DNA of 64,000 bases from Eledone cirrhosa (lineage: Eukaryota), in contig OZ024745.1 of NCBI GenBank assembly GCA_964016885.1, positions 112,964,001-113,028,000 of the forward strand, read 5' to 3'. Below, piece by piece: positions 58,027 to 64,000 of the stretch. Below the pieces are notes generated by a model that had not been told where the DNA came from, did no database searches, and saw only the letters and a program-made list of their open reading frames with translations. Positions within the stretch are counted from its first letter, which is position 1; each line of letters opens with the position of its first letter. The position numbers and the translations under genes are program-made.

Positions 58027-58950
58027 ACAAGGGTTATCCCAAAAGTAAAGGTACTGATTTTCCCATGTACCACATGGTAGGCACGACTTCATCAATGTAT
58101 AAAGGCTTGTTGGCTATGATCTTGGCTGCACGTGTGTATATTTGTTTCAAGATAATCGATTGAGTCATTCGTGAGTTGTTGTTCTTTATGCACAATCGTG
58201 TTTATAACCTCTGTTACGTTTTCTATGCAGGAAATACCGAATGGTACGCGATAAAATTTTCTGTTAAACTTAACAACTATGCCACTGAAACATTTAATTC
58301 TTTAACATTAGCTATGGAAATGCCACTCTATCGAGAAGTAAGATTTTTGAAGGGCACAACGTTTTCAAAGAGGGCCGAGAAAATGTTGAAGACAAACCTT
58401 GTTCTGGAAGGACAATCTCGTCAACAAATGAAAACAAATATGGAAGTAATGTGAGCGGTGATGGCGAAATATCACTGATTAAGTGTTATGATGATTGCAG
58501 AAGAAACGGGCTTGGATAAAAATGCAGTTCACAGAATTTTAACAGACTATTTGTACATGCGAAACATGTGCGAAAACTAGTTTCCAAACATCACTTTCAA
58601 TTAGATAATGTCTGACAAGGCAAAATATTCCCATTCTTCCACATTCTCCCATACAGATCAGATCTAGCTCGGTGGGATTTCTACCTCTTCCCTAATTTGA
58701 GATCGTAGCTGAAGGATCATCTTTTTGGGACTGTGGAAAATATACAAAAAGTTGTAATCGACGAGCTACGGACACTCACAGAAAATGACTTCCAGTTCTG
58801 CTACGATCAATGGAAAAATTTGGAACCACTGTGTGACTTCCGAAGGATCGTATTTTGAAGGAAATTTTGAAGGAGATATACACTTGCAGTTTCATGTACG
58901 TCTAATATACATTTAAATAAAACACCAGTATTCTTACCTTTAGGATAAAT
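58027..58950 (+). mobile_element. Internally deleted mariner element with TIRs
   Basis: Left TA-CAAGGGTTATCCCAAAAGTAAAGGTACTG; right CAGTATTCTTACCTTTAGGATAAA; YAIKFSVKL..ATETF, FKEGRENVEDKPCSGR, PHSPYRSDLARWDFYLFP. Confidence 0.85.
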
Positions 58951-59354
58951 CTAAATCTCGTAATCATCTTAACGATTAAGATATTTTATGATAAACTCAA
59001 ATGATGCATTTAGAAATCTGAAAGAAAAAAACGGACAGGAGGAAACCAACCACGCATCTGCTGTATATCAGACAACTGAACTTAACATACACACACGCAC
59101 ACACACACACACACACAAATATACACACAAATACACACACACACACATACACACAAATACACACACACATACACACACACATACACACACACATTTTATA
59201 CGTATCTCGGTTGACTGGCACTCGAGTTTCACCTATGATATCGCCGAGTACGGGTCAGTCGAGATATATTTAATAAATACGACTCTACTACATGTATAAA
59301 GGCACTCCATCAGTAAATCTTTCTTTTGTTAAATATATACAATGTAACATTATT

Positions 59355-59560
59355 AGTACCAGTAATGCACTGGGTAATTGCTGGCCTTGTGCCTAAAGTA
59401 GAAACAATTATTAATAACTAAATAGTTAACCTCGGTTCAAATCCCACTGAGGTTAACTTTGCCTTTCATCCTTACGGGGGTCGATAAAATAAAGTACCAG
59501 TAATGTACTGGGGATAATTGCTGGCCTTTTGCCAAAAGTAGAAACAATTATTAATAACTA
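59355..59560 (+). mobile_element. Two truncated Meta-domain SINE 3' ends with duplicated flank ATTATTAATAACTA
   Basis: Direct reading. Confidence 0.8.
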
Positions 59561-59664
59561 GAAACATACATACTTACATGAATACATCCATCCACACAGA
59601 CACACACATATGTATAGAGCTATGTATTCATGTATATGCACACACACACACACACGAACACACA

Positions 59665-59766
<102 letters not shown>

Positions 59767-59823
59767 CATATATATAGATATATACACATATAAATAAATA
59801 CATATATACATACATGTGTGTGA

Positions 59824-59861
<38 letters not shown>

Positions 59862-60001
59862 TCACACACATGTATGTATATATGTATTTACTTATATATG
59901 TATATATACATATATATATATATACATACTTATGTATATAAATATATATACACTTACACAGACGCACACACAAACGCACTCTCTCTCTCACACACACGCA
60001 C

Positions 60002-60046
<45 letters not shown>

Positions 60047-60145
60047 TCACACACATGTATGTATATATGTATTTACTTATATATGTATATATACATATAT
60101 ATATATATACATTCACACACATGTATGTATATATGTATTTACTTC

Positions 60146-60179
<34 letters not shown>

Positions 60180-60569
60180 CATACTTATGTATATAAATAT
60201 ATATACACTTACACAGACGCACACACAAACACACTCTCTCTCTCACACACACGCACATAATATATATATATATATACATATATATATACATGTATATGAA
60301 TACATAATAGATGAACATAATAGAAGATAAAAACTATTTTCTTCAATATATTTCATTTCTACTTGATAAATGTTTCCTGATTTATAAACAACATTAATAT
60401 GAAAAACATCAATAGTAGCTATGGTTGAAGTATTTTATATAAATATAGATCATAGTTTAGAGTCGTTCCCTCTGCAATGTTCCGCTTTATGAGAAATCAT
60501 TGTTCACATTTAACGCGTTTTATGATGGAACCCTAATACGTTTTAGTTTAGTTGTTGTTGTTGTTGTTG

Positions 60570-60628
<59 letters not shown>

Positions 60629-60630
<2 letters not shown>

Positions 60631-60988
60631 AATCAGAGTAGAGAGGGAAGTGCTCTCTTCCCAGCATTTTGTTGAAAGATGGGTGAGAGAGGCAAGAATG
60701 GCCCGAGTGAATGGGCCTACTCTGAGTATGTGTCTGTAAATTAAAGGTGGAAAACTGGGAGAGGGCACTTGCCCTGGTGGTCAGGGTCACTGTGGCTTTT
60801 TAATGGGCTTTCTCCACCAATGTCCCTCCGAAGTCTCCCCCCTATTGGGGAATTTTTCATTGTTATTTTTTTGTTACATCCTCTGTTTTTGTTTTTTACA
60901 CGCAGAAATGCCCATTTGTACCGTCCTGCATTGTCCTGCACTGTCCTTAATGTCTACTTTACGTAAACCCTTGTGGTTAATAAAGAAA

Positions 60989-60990
<2 letters not shown>
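60629..60990 (+). mobile_element. 5'-truncated Tx1 LINE (same subfamily as 30565) inside (ATT)n
   Basis: KIRVEREVLSSQHFVERWVREARMARVNG + 3' UTR highly similar to reverse complement of 30565-30925. Confidence 0.92.
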
Positions 60991-61047
<57 letters not shown>

Positions 61048-61059
61048 GTTTATATATAT

Positions 61060-61212
61060 ATGTTTCTATGTCTTTTTTTTTTCTTTTCTTATATAAATAA
61101 AATAAAAATCTTTACACGCACAAAACCCACATCGTACCGTCCTGTACCATCCTGTGCCGTCTGTAATGATTTTCTTGATGTCAGCCCTTGTGGCCAATAA
61201 ATGAAATCATTA
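61060..61212 (+). mobile_element. 3' UTR fragment of a related Tx1 subfamily with ATT tail
   Basis: TTTACACGCA..GTACCGTCCTG..CCCTTGTGG..AATAAA.GAAATCATTATT parallels 60895-60995. Confidence 0.7.
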
Positions 61213-61231
61213 TTTTTATTATTATTATTGG

Positions 61232-61414
61232 TGAGTGGATTGGCAGTATCGGTAGAGGGTCGGACGCCATGCTTTGAAGCATAGTTGCCTCCCTTTATGA
61301 TCTGAGTTCAAATCCCGCCGAGGTTAACTTTACCTTTCATCCTTACGGGGTCGATAAAATAAAGTACCAGTAATGCACTGGTTAATTGCTGGCCTTGTGC
61401 CAAAAGTAGAAACA

Positions 61415-61459
<45 letters not shown>

Positions 61460-61655
61460 GGATTTTGATTTAGGCATATGGCCATCAATTTGGATTAAAT
61501 CAACCCCAGTGCATTACTGGTATGTTATTTTATTGACCCCGTAAGGATGAAAGGCAAAGTTAACCTCGGCGGGATTTGAACTCAGATCATAAAGGGATGT
61601 AACTCTATGCTTCAAAGCATGGTGTCCGACTCTCTACCGATACTGCCAATCCACC
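61232..61655. mobile_element. Tail-to-tail inverted pair of Meta-domain SINEs (61232-61420 +, 61470-61655 -)
   Basis: Direct reading; separated by (ATT)n. Confidence 0.9.
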
Positions 61656-62154
61656 ACATATAATGGCTGCAAACTCTGCTAAGAGTATTGCAATCGCTTG
61701 TCAGATTATAGAGTTCGGCGCACTTTTAGGCTACGGCCAGCCACACGAACCTGTAACAGATCCTGAACAAGCAATGCTTGAGCTTTGATGTTTTTTTTTA
61801 GGTGGGGAAAGCCTTGCACTTGACCAATCCCACTCTGAGCATCGAAAAAACTACCCGAAAAGGAGAACTGGTCAACACCATCGGATGCTTCCGAAGCCGC
61901 AGCTTTTTTTTTTTCAGAGTTTCCCGCTCCTAGAAAGGTGTTGTGACAACAACTGGGGGCCTTTCACTCCCAGGTGAAAAGAAAAAAAAATAGTATTTGG
62001 ATGGCCGTTGACTGCTGAGTTCCTCCACCCTTTGCCGGGTCTTGTATTCATTTCGCAGGGTGTCCAAATATCACCCTCCTCACCAAACTAGCTTGGTGGG
62101 GTTGCCAGATTAGTCGCCAACGACACGACCATACACACACACACACACACACGC

Positions 62155-62196
<42 letters not shown>

Positions 62197-62222
62197 GCAC
62201 GCACGCACACACACACACACAC

Positions 62223-62340
<118 letters not shown>

Positions 62341-62668
62341 CAAAAGTAATAGTGTTTTCAAAATTAACAGATGCTCTATTGTCTAGCGACGTTACAAGTC
62401 GAGTTAATTATGGTTGTCTCCGTTCGCTCAATGAAACAAGAAACGAATTCTTGTATCAGTGTTTTCTTTTAGAATTCAGTCGAACAACAGAGTATGAACA
62501 AAGCCAATACGACAAATTAATAGTTACCAAGACGAATGTGGTTTCTTATGCATCACTATTCTACAGGGAATTACGTAATCACGTTATCAAGGGCTGGTGC
62601 ATCAATATCAGCTGGATTTGCCCTTAATTCCCAAAAGGTCTTGCCATTTTGGGTACTACTCACACACT

Positions 62669-62701
<33 letters not shown>

Positions 62702-63044
62702 TACAATCTGTGCACATTATTTATCATCTCATATGCAGGTTTATAAATATTTCTGTCTCTTTCTATGTTTCTTCATATATGTAGCATGTATTATATTTCA
62801 CTAATTCCCATTCTACCACACATTGTTTATCACTAATACACTTCCGATTCTCTTTAATGTCAAGAATTCCAGAAACATTGATATCTTTAGTTAAATGTTT
62901 TGTGGTTTAGATATTCAAATAGAGTCAACAAAACAAAATGTATTTGAAAATATATCAATGTTACGTACATCCATGCACAAACACACACACGTGCTGAACT
63001 GCACTTTATTACCACTCGTTAAAAAGAGTAGTAGAATCATTGGA

Positions 63045-63255
63045 GTAGTAGAATCATTAGAGCCCCGGAGAAAATTGTTTTGGGCCTTTAGTTAAGGTCC
63101 TTTACATTCTGAGTTCAAATCCCGCCGAGGTCAACTTTGTCTTTTATCCTTTCAGGTGTCAATAAAATAAAGTACCAATAAAGTATTGGAGTCGATTTGA
63201 TTGATTGTTCCATCCTCCAAAATTGCAGACCATGCGCCTAATTTAGAAATCATTA
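63045..63255 (+). mobile_element. Diverged Meta-domain SINE
   Basis: B box and core at 63110-63180. Confidence 0.75.
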
Positions 63256-63575
63256 TCTCTCTAGAAAGATCTACCATACTCAAAGCGCACAAATATATTA
63301 TTATCTTACCATTCAGAGTAAATGGTAGTTACAGCTGGAAAATACACCAGTATCCGATGCTCTCTACGAACTCTGAGTAGCTTGCGCCCTTAAATGAAAT
63401 TAGTTTAAGCCTATTTGCAAGATCTAAAATAACATTTCGCATCCTGTAACAATATGTTTTCGCCTATGTTTAATTCCAGCAGAAAGCGATGTAAGGAGAG
63501 CGCTGCCTCGATAACAACAATCAGTCAGAAACAATCGTCGGTAGTTTAACCAGCTTGCTTCAGCTGGAATTCGTG

Positions 63576-63692
63576 AGATGGATTTTAATACATTGAAACC
63601 GGTAATTTTTTCATACACTTTATATACTTCATATAAAAGTTAAAAAAAAAGAATTGTCCCTCTTTTTTTTAATAACAATATCTTTTCAATAA

Positions 63693-63768
<76 letters not shown>

Positions 63769-63882
63769 ATTGAAAAGATATTGTTATTAAAAAAAGAGGG
63801 ACAATTCATTTTTTAAAACTTTTATATGAAGTATATAAAGTGTATGAAAATATTACCGGTTTCAATGTATTAAAATCCATCT
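63576..63882. repeat. ~120-bp-arm inverted repeat centred on (TA)n
   Basis: 63576-63695 is the approximate reverse complement of 63763-63882, with a few mismatches. Confidence 0.92.
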
Positions 63883-64000
63883 TGTCAAATTCAGTGAAAA
63901 ATGTTAATTAAAAAGGTAGTAACAGAAAGGTTTAAAATTAAAATTAAAATCAAAAACGAATGTTTGAGCAAAATTTCTTGCATCATGCCTTTTGAAAAGT

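Overview
AT-rich, microsatellite-saturated animal genomic DNA with no recognisable host protein-coding gene. The repeat content (tRNA-headed Meta-domain SINEs, long (TA)n/(CA)n arrays, Penelope-like, Tx1, R4/Dong and RTE elements) suggests an Octopus-like cephalopod intron or intergenic region; this assignment is an inference. Nearly all ORFs in the track are microsatellite artefacts. The centrepiece is a young, intact Naiad-type Penelope-like element (PLE) at 9897-16381. It has an 819-aa RT+GIY-YIG ORF, a ~1.4 kb partly structured 3' UTR, hammerhead-bearing pLTRs, and a 2-kb inverted second copy joined through a triple template-switch scar. The window also holds at least five other PLE families or pLTRs with hammerhead motifs, including one fully canonical hammerhead at 40362-40433. 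Eight palindromes/inverted repeats sit in or next to (TA)n arrays; two of them fold back exactly at a hammerhead stem II. Tx1 LINE subfamilies partition between (ATT)n and (TATC)n targets. Also present: R4/Dong, RTE, RTE-X, mariner and Helentron-like relics, and one weak candidate host first exon (minus strand, ~44150-44800).
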